Notes: generated by a model from the sequence alone, not told the origin. A stretch of DNA of 64,000 bases from Azolla caroliniana (GCA_043228905.1 JBHGNT010000001.1:36952001-37016000); one strand, 5' to 3'; shown: positions 39,438 to 51,942, counted from the stretch's first letter. Numbers and translations are program-made.

Positions 39438-42041
39438 ATGGATTCTGATCAGGGAAAGATTTTTGTTGGGGGCATTTCCTGGGAAACGACAGAAGAAAAG
39501 CTAAAGGATCATTTCTCAAAGTTTGGAGAGGTTGTGGAGGCAGTGATCATGAAGGATCGAGCCACAGGAAGAGCTCGTGGATTCGGGTTTATCGTCTTTG
39601 CAGATCCAATGGTATCAGACATGGTGCTTCTAGATAAGCACAACATTGATGGAAGAATGGTGAGTGAGAGAAACAATCTATTTTCTTCACAAAACGATCT
39701 CATTATCTCAGTTATGACTGCAAAATCATCCTTTTCTTAAAAACCAAGAAGCAGTTTGCTTAATTCAGTGATTCCAATGGTGACTGTAATTCCTTTTACT
39801 TGCTCTATTAGTTATCATTAGGCTTTGAATTATACTGAGATGACTCCTGGATGACTTGTGTGGTGTGAACATCACAAGAACTCACAGTCCAATATTAGTC
39901 TCTGGTGATGGAAGAAGTAAGAGAAAGAAAAGAGAAGCATTGCACAGCTCAATCCGGATGGGTTTTTCACGTGTTATGGCACGGCTATTTATACTAGATG
40001 ACTTAGGAATGGTTTAGCCTCCAAGAATAGCCGTCGGTGGTGCTGGAGAAGGCAATTTCTCTTAATCAAGACGCATTGCTCACGAAAACATAAATGTGGT
40101 TTCATGTCGTATGGCACCTGTACGTATGCTAGATGATTAGGAAGGGTATGTTTTTTACGTCGAGCTCAGGGGAATAGTCTGCGTGGTATGAATGTACTTC
40201 ATATTTCTAGGGTTATTGTGAGTGATAGTTTTGGCGTTTGTTCAAGCTATGATTCGAATAAATCTTCTGCCCTGGGATTCCAGGGTGTTTTATGTAGTGT
40301 GGTTTCAAAAAAATATAGCTAAATAGTCCAATAATACCTCAGATGCTAGAAAAGGCTACAGTTCATGCTTTGACAATGCCACATACATCTGTGGTTGGCT
40401 ACTCTATTTTAATCTAGCCATGCTACGTAATGTCTATGGTAGTTCTGTATGCTTAATGCTAGGGCTACTATTTTTTTGAGCAAAATTCGTTGCCCTTTGC
40501 TCTCGGCTATACTGTGTTATTTTGTTCTAGTATACAGATCTATGGCTGGGTACCAATTCCTATCTAGATTTCTGGTTTTCTTACATCAGTGTTTCACAAA
40601 AATATTCCTCGTATCCCCAGGTGGAAGCTAAGAAAGCAGTTCCTAGAGAAGAGCAGCACGGTATAGATAGAAGTGGTATCAACGGCGGGGGCAGCAGCCC
40701 AATGCTATCAACCCGGACACGGACAAAGAAGGTATTTGTCGGTGGCTTGTCGTCAACAGTTACTGAGACTGATTTCCGGAACTACTTTGAGCAATTTGGT
40801 TCGATCACAGATGTGGTTGTGATGTATGATCACGGGACCCAAAGACCTCGGGGCTTTGGATTCATCACTTATGAATCTGAAGATTCAGTGGATAGGGTCC
40901 TTCTCAAAACCTTTCATGCCCTTAAAGAAAAACGAGTGGAAGTGAAGAGGGCAGTGCCGAAGGATATAATTTCAGGTCCTAACCGAAGTAATGGAGTTGC
41001 TGGGCTCGGTTTCGGCCTTACAAAGAGTAGTTCATATGGAGGGAACTATGTACCAGCTTTTAATTCGAGTTCAATTTCTACATATAATATGAGATTAGAA
41101 ACCAGATACAACCCATGTCCAAGCCGTAGCAATTATTCCGCCAATGGATCGATTGGATATGAGAATCATAGTACATCTACAAATGTATCAGCTGGATTCT
41201 ATAGTGATGGAGCTTATAGGAGCTCGCCAAATCCAAATGGAAGCAGTGTTTATGGAAGTATAGGGAGTAACAGCATTTTGAACAATGCATTTGGTAGTTA
41301 CCCTGGTAGAAGTGTATGGAGTACTGAAGGAAGTAGTTATGGCAATTTTAATAGCTCAACAGGATTAGGAGGAAGTGGAGGTTCTGCTAATCCTACTACC
41401 ATGAGCAATTATGGAGGATCAGAAACATGGGCGGCTTCTTCCCAACCAACGAACGATCACAATGTTGCATATAGCAATCATACCTATGGGCAAAGGGACA
41501 GTTATGCTTCATTTGTTAACTCGAGCAAACTCAGCTATGTGGGACGTAATGGTGGATCTGGAAGTTTGCTCGAAGGAAACAGATTACGAGGAGGAAGCAA
41601 TGCTTTATTTAGCTCTGAGTATAATTCTTCTGCGTGGCAACCATCTGGTGATGCTTTCAATTCTTCCAGCATGGCGTTTAGTGGTATCTACGGTATAAAT
41701 AGCCTTATGAAGAACAATGGGGATGATTCACCAGCTTTAGATGATGGATATGGTGCACAAGGAAGACCATCTTACAGAGGTATGATATCTGCACATATCT
41801 TCGTCTAAAGAAAGAAACATCTTAATACGGAAGATTTAGCTTGAAACTTTGTAAATGCTCAGTGATATGACTACTGTATTTGTTAAGAGAGAAAAAACGT
41901 TTTTTCTATTTATTCCACGCTGAAGTCCTTAGATCAAAATTTTAACTCCATATGGGACTACCAAGAAGAAGATTGCATTATAAATTATGCTGATAACATT
42001 ATGATTTTTTTTCTACGGATTTTGCAGGTGTTGCTGTTTAG
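39438..42041 (+). CDS. hnRNP A1/Musashi-like protein with two RRMs and a G/S/N/Y-rich tail. Exons 39438-39659, 40621-41779, 42028-42041
   Basis: RRM1: KIFVGGISW...RGFGFIVF. RRM2: KVFVGGLS...RGFGFITY; VEAKKAVP and VEVKRAVP. An AG|GTATGA donor and TTGCAG acceptor give a C-terminus ...RGVAV*. Confidence 0.92.
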
Positions 42042-43220
42042 GAAGCGTATCCTGTAATAGGTTTTGAGAAGGATTTTTGCTGATTCCTGAGTATAAAGTG
42101 TTTGCTAACAAACCAAAAACCTTTTTAGATCTCTCTTTCCTAATAAACATTGTCAACAGATATATATAGATAAATCAAAACATACATTTGCAATCCCTTT
42201 TGGTGGTACATACATTTGCAATCCTTTTTTTATGGGACTATCCTAGAACCAATGAAAAAGCTGCAGAAATGAGCTTGATTGTTTTTTTAGAGCAATCCAT
42301 GGAAGGGCAGATTGTAATAAGGGTAGGAGAGATCATACAATAAGGCATACATATTCAAAAACCTCTTCATTAGTTATCATCACCTTCTTTGCTAGTGTCT
42401 TATTACCCTGACTCTGACGCTTCCCCTTTGTCAAATGGCCTTTATACATTTCTATTTATGGCATCAAATCAAAGAGTCTTCGCAAAGAAACTACTATCAA
42501 ACCTTTTTCTTTTAAACTTCCACGTTCTGATTGGTTGTACACGTTCTGAAAATATTCTGAACTTAATATATATAACATTCACGCGTTAAGTTGCTAACTG
42601 TCGGTCATTTTGAAGCAGAAATGTTTATGAAAAATAACAAGATACTAAACTATTACAAATGTATTGGGAGAGAGACATTAGCAAGCATGATGAATAACAA
42701 GTGTCCATTATTCAGTGGGAACTCCCTTTAACTTTTGTTATACTTGTTTATGATCGAATGGAAGTGAAAGCTTTATAAAGAGACGATAAGAATATATGTT
42801 AACCAAGGCAATCAAAGCATGTCCCTACTTAGGAAGTTGGGTTTTGACACTAGTAGCATGCATTTCCTACCTTTCTAATGTTATAATTCTGCTTTCCTTA
42901 ATTATACAAAATGCTTCTTAAGAAGGTGACTTCTTATCATACGGTGATCATTTTCCTCATCGCATGCCACGAATGAAGCTAACTTCTTCTCAAAAAGAGC
43001 TTCTTTTATCCTTTATACTCTCACCAGCAGTTTGGAAATCTCGACCTTCTTCTCCTCCTCCTTTTTGTACAGAACTCATACCTGGTTGGTTGCAGAGCTA
43101 TAATGCTTGTGAAATCTGTTTGTAGCACCCGCCATGTCATATTTTGTTGCTCTGCGATGATTCCCCTGAAGGAAAGCGAAGAAGGAGGAATAGGGTAAAA
43201 GCAGGGTCTTATGGTAAGCT

Positions 43221-43380
43221 TGAAAGTATCTGAATCTAATCTCCATGTCTACAGAAACAAAACACTCCTATATTTCCAAAATCAGAATGGTGCCCCTATG
43301 AAAGTATCTGGATTCTGAATCTCCATGTCTACAGAAACAAAACACCCCTGCATTTCCAAAATCAGAATGGTACCCCTATG
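43221..43380. repeat. About 80-bp tandem duplication
   Basis: AAAGTATCTG..AATCTCCATGTCTACAGAAACAAAACAC..ATTTCCAAAATCAGAATGGT.CCCCTATG occurs twice. Confidence 0.9.
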
Positions 43381-46300
43381 ACCCACCCATTAGTAAACAG
43401 AGGGATCATTTGGAAATTTCTGAAAACATAGCCCTATTCCGGCCCCCGGGTAAACACACTCTACCTTTCCCTGAACCCCAAAGCTTCAATGTCCTCATAT
43501 TGAAACTAGTCTTCTATAGGGGGAAGGAACAAAGGAGAGCTTCTAGATCAAGTTAAAGTTTTAGGCTTTCAACATTTCTTTGTATGTGTTTCTCTTGTGG
43601 AACACATTTGCTTGGATTTGATGATTGTAGAGTAGTACGTGAATTCAAAATCTAGACTAATGTGGCATTGTGTCATTGGTCATTTAAAAACAGTATGGGG
43701 CATAACGCACCAGTCGGCACAAAAGTTATTCAAGAAAATGAACAATGGAAGTGCAACATATAGTAGCCATGGAAGTTCAATGGATTAGCTTTTCCATCAG
43801 TCCTTTGGGTATCCATAATTCTTGGATTGATGGGTTGGTTTCTGCTAATACTTAGATGAGCCATGCGATTGATATTAGATATCTCATTTCATTTCCTAAC
43901 TAGAATGATGGCATTCATAAAATTATTGTTAGCAATTAGCATTAAAAACACATATCACATGTTGAAAATAGAACTATGGAGTTGGACCTACACTCTTCTA
44001 ATGGGTTCCTCACATTCCTATGATATATTCTCATAATTGTTTGATCCCACTCAAACAAACATTCCATGATGGTCACTTGAAACTTCTCATTCTAAATATT
44101 TAGCCTTGTGGAGAAAGTATTTACTCTAGTTATAAGTGTTGGATTAAGCCATGTATTTATGATTTCTGTACTTCAATAAAATTAAGACAAACAATTGGGG
44201 GAATACCATATTGATCTTTTTATCACTTTGAGTTTATCCCATTGGAGTGAATGACATAATACAACCTATATTGTACTACATGACGCAATGCAAAAATCTA
44301 CCATTTGGAAATTTGTGCATAATCTCCTCTAGGTTTTCGATCAACTCACTTCATAATCATCAATATAGATCACATCTACAAATAGGAAGAATATTTTGTA
44401 AGTTAACCTAAAAACTCATTTACAGACTTCTCACAAAATTCTTACCTGCCATTATAATCCTTATTGATTGTTAATGCTCATCAAGCTTTAACATTTTAAC
44501 AAAATAATTTACATAGCAATTGCCACTAGCCTATTTAGTGAGCCTTGTATTTGTAATTGTTATAAAATATTAGGACCTCCCAATTTGGCGTCTTAAAAGT
44601 AGAATAGCTCTATGCACTCTCAAATGTTAAATTTATCATATTAAATATATTATAACCGTCCAATTCACATAGTTTGTGTAAAACCCTAAAGTTTAAACCT
44701 TAATCCTTGCCCCATAGTTTTCACATGTCAACCTTCCGCTTCATGATATAATAAATAATTTAGTAAATAAACGTAAAATAATATTATTATTAATACCAAT
44801 ATTTTAATTAATTAAAAGAAATAAAATTAAATAATTATGATTACTAAATAATTCGAATAAGATAATATATATACATCCTGACACAATAAATAAGTAAATA
44901 CATAAAATAGTAATAAATAACAATAACGATGATAATAATAATATTAACGAAGAAATAAGAATAATAATAAATTATCGTGCTAAATAATCATATAGTGATA
45001 AATTTAAGTAAATAAACTGAACGTAATGGTAAGAGTTTAATAACAATATTTAATATAAATAAATCATAAGAATTTAAAGAAGATAATAATTATAAAAAAC
45101 AAATTGTTAGTTAATTAATTACCTATAATAATTAATGGTACTAATGACGAATTACCTATCTCTTTGGCATCGACAAATATCAAAGTACACTAAACCAGAC
45201 ATTAACACTGAAATAGCTATACGTAGATCTTTCACACACACAAATACCTACGCAGCACGCTGTTACGAATGCCTAAAACACATTATTCCTGAAAGAACAT
45301 CTAACATCTTGAAACACTATAATAATAATACCTAGCAGACTCGATTCAACCCATCCTCTCTGGTTCAAGTGTCCCAGTCTAATCCACATGCTAAGGGGCC
45401 CGCCCGCATAACTTGGACACGACGACATGGAGTGCGAGGGCTATGTGAGAGGCTCATGTTGGTATTAAATGAGATAAAGTAGGGATATGATGAATAGGCA
45501 TAAGGAAATATGTATGAATAGGAGGGAGGGGGTGGGTGGTGGAAGATGGATGGAGGTGGCAACAGAGTAGGCGGAGGCACAGCAGCAGATTTCCGTGCAG
45601 AGGGTGGGCGGCGGCCCCGCTCGGTTCGACTGGAGCCGAACAGAGCAGCGTTCGACTCCTATACATATTACATAATACATACATACATACTACCTGCTAG
45701 TGCACTGTGCTAGCTAGCTAGCTCAAAGGGGGGTGGGGGGAGCCTTTAACTAGAGTCGAAGGCTCCCTCATTATTTATTTATTATATTTTGTTCTATTCT
45801 TTACTTTCCCAAATTTCAAGTTATATAGGCTCGCGGCCATAGCAAAAACAAAAAGATTTAAGTTTTGATATTTTTGGGCTATCCTCCGGGGCACTGTCTT
45901 GTCTTGTGGACGAGACATTGGTTCCCATGGGCGTCAGTGACACCCTAAATGCCGATTTCGTCAAATTCTTGTAACTTTCTCCTATTGCCTCGGAATTCCC
46001 GTGCCGAAATTTCCAACATGCTCCTTGCTTGATCACGATTAGGTTAAACACGGATTTTGCGCATGATAATTGAAATATAGATTATATTAAAATTTTACAA
46101 GTTCACGAGAGCATGTAAATACAACGAGAAAATCCTCGGCTCCATTACATTGACAGGAATATATTTGTCCTTCTTACCTCACCCTTATTTAACTTATTTT
46201 CTCCTATGCACTCTCTGCATCACGAGAGCGCTCAATCACGAATTAGGTATACGATGTTGCATTTATGGTATCAAAATGTGCATAAAATATACTTGAAGGC

Positions 46301-47255
46301 ATATTTGATGGTGAACATATCACTTAATTTTACATGTTAAGCATATAGTGCAAATTGTGAATACTTAAGACACCACTAAAAAATGTTGAGCCAATAGGTG
46401 TATGCATTATTCACACATATAGTCGTTGTGCTTCGATTCAATAAAAGCATCCCTCTCACGAGGAAGATGCACATCAAGAAAAAACAAGTCCCATGGGTCA
46501 ATATTGCCCTCTCCATGAAAGATAAAAATTCTTTGTGTGTGTGTGTGTGTGTGTGTGTATGGAGCTCTATTAAGCATCTAGCAAGATATAAATCCATGTT
46601 TAACTGATTATATAAGATTAGTAGACCTTTTTTTGCAAATTAAATTAGTAAATTATTTACATGGTTTATGATCGACATCACTATTGCGAATTGTCCATCT
46701 AGAGATGTGCCTTTGTAAATCTACATTTCTTAGCCATGACTATATATAAACTTGATCTTTCTATGTGATAAAGCTAGTTCAAAAAGTCACATTCATGCTT
46801 TTCTTTTGAAAATAATGTAATCTTTGTTAGAAATAATTGAGTTGCTATTCATAAGGTCATCATGAATTTGTTTGCAACTAACTCCTCTTGGACTTATCTT
46901 ATACCATGTTTCAGAACATTTTGCTATGCACATAGCTCCAAGCTCCTATAAGATAATAACAAAATGCGGCGATTGAATGGGACAATCTAAAAGTGAAATA
47001 TATTCGAGAACTAATTGGCCCATGCTTATTTTGAGTACACTATATGACAATACCAAAATGTGAGATTTGTATATCTTTGAAACCAACAAATATTTCTCAT
47101 CTTAGAATATCACTCAATGACAATATTCTTTGAGGTATGGAGAGTATTTGGACTTGTCAAAGTTGTTTTAGAATGCTATGTTAGGCTTGATTATTATAGG
47201 AGAACTATACCAAATGTAGTTAATGAGGACAAAACAATGTTAATATGAGTATTGT

Positions 47256-47470
47256 TGTACTACCATTTTGTTGGCTCCTAGGTTGCATGCACATCGGCAT
47301 TCATCATGGATTCATGTAAACCCCAAATTGCATGAGAGTGTAAGCGGGTGTACTACATCCATTATGGAGTACAAACGAATCTCAAGTTTTCACGAAAGAA
47401 AGAATAAAATAATGAAACAAAAGTTGTACTACAATTTGGTCGTGTACTACTAAGGTGAATGTCTATATAG
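47256..47470 (+). promoter_or_regulatory. Cluster of five GTAC cores (four as TGTACTAC) plus a TATA-like box; candidate copper-response elements
   Basis: GTAC at 47257, 47350, 47369, 47426 and 47444; CTATATAG at 47463, about 120 bp before the ATG at 47588. Confidence 0.7.
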
Positions 47471-47518
47471 GTCACAAAAATTTTAACCATAGGTATCATT
47501 TCCTTGGTTTGTTGCGGT

Positions 47519-47549
<31 letters not shown>

Positions 47550-47587
47550 AGAGATCATATCAAACATTAGGTAATATAGTGCTGAAA

Positions 47588-48735
47588 ATGTCAGGTTGTG
47601 GAAATTCAAGTTGTTCTTGTGGCTCATCTTGCCAATGTGGGAGTGGGTGCAGGTGAAGTTCCCACACAACATTTTAACAATATTGCTTGCATACTTGAGT
47701 TAAAACTCTCTTGATCACGCTAACAAGGCTTCATTCTCCCAATATTTATCATGTTAAGTGTTTACACGATTTTCTCTTCCCCATCAGGATCATCATTGCC
47801 CTACAACTTTATTGGCTTTTTGAGTTAGGAGAAGTGAGGTAACAATTTGTACCATTTTAAAAAAGAGTATATCCTCAAATCACCACCATTAATGATAAAT
47901 GTGGGTTCAAAAGTCCACTACTACCACACTCTCTTGGCTTTAGGGTTTCCATGAGCTTGGCTCCTAGTGTGTCACTTTCGTTTTGTAAATGAGAGATAGG
48001 GAGTGCTGAACTTTTGGGGGGAATCGATCCATGCAATTCACATTGTGCTACAATGGGTTTAAGTAAGCCTTTGTCTTCCTAACTAAATCTGGAATGTCCA
48101 CCCATTAGAAGGGGCCAAACCTACTAGACTATTATGATGCTTCGCAAAGCCTAGCAGTGAGATCTATGTACCTAACTACTGTCGACCAACCATAGCGAAA
48201 CCCTTAATGTCTACTGTGCTTAGTGACCATGCCAAAGTACTATGCATAGCCAGATTGACCAGACAAAGGCTGAGCGAGATCAATCAACATTGCGCCAACT
48301 CACGAAATTTACGCATATTTGATCAATCACGTGGATTTGAGTGGTTAATTTCTATTTTATTCAATCTTCAATTGAATGTGAGCTAATCTTAATTATGTGA
48401 TCCATTTGTTAAAGGTGCGGGAAGAGAAGCATGGAGGATGAAATAAGCGTCTTATCCCTCTATCCACTGATCAATTATAACAGCATTGGCCAATGGTAAG
48501 GACAACATTAAACTGGTCACTATAATTAGTAGGCATGATTACTGATCCTCTCACTAAAGGATCAAGTCAGGGGTTCAAGTCCTACTTATACAATACAATC
48601 CACGATTAATCCTCTATTGCTCTTTGTTTTTCTGTGTGAAATCACAGCTTCGATGCCAATGCTAATAATAGGCGTGTCCTTCTTGATGGAAGCTTTGCAT
48701 TTCATGGAGGATTAGTCTCTGCCGCAGGAATATGA
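47588..48735 (+). CDS. Metallothionein-like protein, 77 aa, N-terminal Cys cluster only. Exons 47588-47652, 48415-48495, 48648-48735
   Basis: Spliced product: MSGCGNSSCSCGSSCQCGSGCRCGKRSMEDEISVLSLYPLINYNSIGQCFDANANNRRVLLDGSFAFHGGLVSAAGI*. Donors AG|GTGAAG and TG|GTAAGG, acceptors AAAG and CACAG; AATAAA at about 48827. Exon 1 is a clear plant MT domain; exon 3 is less certain. Confidence 0.8.
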
Positions 48736-49735
48736 ATGAAAGAGAGAAAGAGGGAGACTTTATCATTATACCTATCTTCATAAACCTCGTGTTCATAGTT
48801 TCCATTGTGTAACCAACCACACTTTGAATAAATAAATACTTGTAATCATGCTAGAGATTGTGTTGTATTCTCGGGTATGAATTGTAATGTTATGGTCATT
48901 GCCTTCTACTCTAATCTTCCTATCATTGCCTTTTTGGTGTGTTTATGTGTCATAATAGAGAGAGAGAGAGAGAGAGAGATGCAAAGAGGATATAGTTTTG
49001 TCATATTCAAGTGGGGCCAAATATGAATTGTTGAACCAAAGTGAAACATTTTTTCATTTTTGTGTATGAAATTGATCAATGGCTCTCAACATTCAATGGA
49101 TACATCATGAATCATGGCTTCATATATGCACAAAATGTTTTCCTATCGGATCGATTAAAACATATTGAGGCATTAAGAACTGTTTGAATAAGCTTCTCTA
49201 CGCATCTATGCTCTTCTTGCCTCTATTCTCAAATTGTCATATTTAGTGATCATTAACCTCTTTGCATATTCTTATGGCCTCTCTTGCCAATTTGGGATCT
49301 ATGGCAAATTTGGAGTGTGAGAAATTGGTTCTTGTTTTGTGGTCTCCACGTTGAACCATGTAATGTTGTCCATAGGCTGAAAGGAATTTTTATTTGGTAG
49401 CATGTGCGTGCGATTGAGCTCAACAAGAACCTTGTCTCTAGAAGAGTGCCTTTATGTCAAGAAATCTTCGATTGTTCTCCTCAATCATGAGGATCCTCCC
49501 ATTTGTATGAGGTGACAAGGGGTTTTCAGTGTTGTTTTGTTACCATGTATATTTTTACAGAAAAGAGAGAGATGATGAGATATTAAGGTCTGTAAAGACA
49601 AACGTGACCCATTAAAGTGCCAATTATTACAAAGCACTCCCTTCAAAGCCTAGATGAGGGGATATTTAGATGCCAAAACAAAAACGCAATGTAAAAACTA
49701 CATGGAATGCATCATTTAGATCTTCCATTTGTTTT

Positions 49736-50758
49736 TTTTATAATTTATTTATTTAAACTACACCATAGTTTCCATTACCAATCCAAAAAGCATATACAAG
49801 ACATATAATAATACAATGTAGTGGCGGGTAAGATATCCCCCTTTATGTCATACGTGACACCAACCTCCACCTATGGAGGAAAAAACCATCGTGGGGGTAC
49901 ATATTGCCAATCCATTTTCTCATTTCTCTCCACAAAAACTAACAAATCCTTCCATTTGCCTTTAAAGGATTGTTGTTTCATAAAAATCCGATCTTCATTA
50001 CTTGTGAAGGAGTCATATTGTCATTTTAAAATTGAGATAAACATCGACCAAATTTCCTTCACACAATGAATAGGATTTTGCTTTATTTGCTGAAACACAT
50101 TTTTGCATCGATCTATCCAAATATTCCATAGAACCACCGATGATATCGTAGCCCATATTGTAGCATCCACATTCAACCGATTTGAGCTTGAGTATGGTAT
50201 GTCCTTAACTCGCCTTCCCCTAGTTTGAAGGGTAAATAGTATCTTTTCCCTTTCATAATTATGCTTATCCACATTTACGTCCATCCAAAAGACATTTCCT
50301 CATGTAATCACATTAGGTCCATATGCAACATCAATGAGACGCAACATACGTTTCCAAACAGAACATGCGGCCATACAGTTCCATAAGACATGTTGCATTG
50401 ATTCCAATTGAAGCCCACAAAAAGAGCAAGTTTTGGTTCCCTCTTCCCAATGCATCCATTCCAAGGCTAGAAGTGCATAGTGGACACATAACCATCTAAA
50501 TGTAATGCTTTTGCGAGGAATATGTAGAGCCCATAACCATTTCCAAAATGCCAATACTGAATGCATAGGAATATTATTATTTAACCATACCTTAGCTGCA
50601 ACTGGCATAACTGGATTCCTCCTTTGTTGGAATTCCCTACCTGTCAGGAGTAGTACTAAGACAAAGAAGTACTATTAGGAACAATACTAAAACAGAGACG
50701 GAATTAGTACTAAAAGATGAGGATTAGTACTAAGGGAGGTGTAGAACTCTCCAGAGAA

Positions 50759-50844
<86 letters not shown>

Positions 50845-51942
50845 GATAACAAAAGATATATGTTATGTTAAGGGAATATACAATAGTAGCTAAGAGGCTT
50901 AAGACTGGCGTTGAACTAATTTGGTTCGAAATAATGCCTTGTGCCTTCTTTTCTAGTGTTCTTAGGAGTACTGAAGTTTCTAGAATGTTCCAAAGAAATT
51001 TGGAATATACATCAATTTTCTATAGTAAAACTTAAATGAAAATAATATTCTTTGTATTACAACATATAGTCTAATGGTCAAGAGCTTGACCCATGTAACA
51101 TAAGGTCATGGGTTTGAGTCTTGCCATATCATGACATTTTTCCCTCTTTAAAACGACGAGTGTCACGAGTCGTTTTGGATTGAGGACCCGGTTTGTTTGG
51201 ATATCGACGATGGAAGTCTAAGCCGGTTTGTCTCTCGAGAGTTCTACACCTCCCTTAGTACTAATTCCTTCTCTGTTTTAGTATTGTTCCTGATAGTACT
51301 TCTCTGTCTTAGTACTGCTCCTGACAATTTGAACCGATTTGGTTCGAAATAATGCCTTGTGCCTCCTTTTATAGTGTTCTCAGGAGTACTCTTGAAGTTT
51401 CTAGAATGTTCTAGAGAAAAATGGAATATACACTAATTTTCTGTAGTAAAACTTAAATGAAAATAATATCTTTTGTATTACAATATATGGTCTAATGGTC
51501 AAGAGCTTGGCCCATGTAACATAAGGTTATGGGTTCGAGTCTTGCCATATCATGACACTACCTAATTTACAGAGTATGTAGTCAAAGAAAGAAATCATCT
51601 TATTATTAACATCTCTCCCCCACCATTCCGTCGGATCCCAAAATATCCCATAAAGGGTTTACTTTTTCAGGATGGGGATCAATAATACATATTTTCCCTG
51701 TTTTTGCTACCACCCTAATAGGCTTCCATTCAACTAAATTGAGAAGATCATCCTCCATAGAGACCCATTGCAATTTTCCCTCCGAAACTATTATATATGA
51801 TAAGAAGGATTCATTAGATGTATAAGCTCTTGCTCCAATCAAGACATTAAAAGAAGAGAATGTCCCGTACCATACATGGTTTGAATTAAAAGAAGAAGGC
51901 AAAATCCTATTACAAGCATTACTTATCGCTTGGAACATTAAG
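49736..51942 (-). mobile_element. 5'-truncated L1-type LINE (ORF2 C-terminus, zf-RVT), interrupted by an LTR element
   Basis: FWKWLWALHIPRK..FRWL, CSFCGLQLESMQHVLWNC..ACSVW, LWNIWIDRCKNVF; A-rich tail near 49736-49755. Perfect 18-bp TSD AGATCTTCCATTTGTTTT at 49718-49735 and 51943-51960. Confidence 0.9.
50642..51557 (-). mobile_element. Internally deleted, rearranged LTR retroelement (probably Gypsy-type), 916 bp
   Basis: TGTCA...TGACA termini; 5-bp TSD CTACC at 50637-50641 and 51558-51562. Complete LTR 50642-51136; minus-strand PPT AAAGAGGGAAAAA at 51137-51149. The second LTR is present as a direct piece (51329-51557, matching 50911-51136) and an inverted piece (51231-51326, matching 50642-50757). 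Confidence 0.9.

Noticed and set aside
47720-47845. miR166-like sequence or hairpin in MT intron 1
   Set aside because: Only a short partial match (AGGCTTCATTC) and weak pairing; not a credible precursor.
51488-51548. Functional tRNA gene
   Set aside because: A/B boxes are present, but the acceptor and anticodon stems do not pair and the sequence lies inside both LTR copies; treated as tRNA-derived only.
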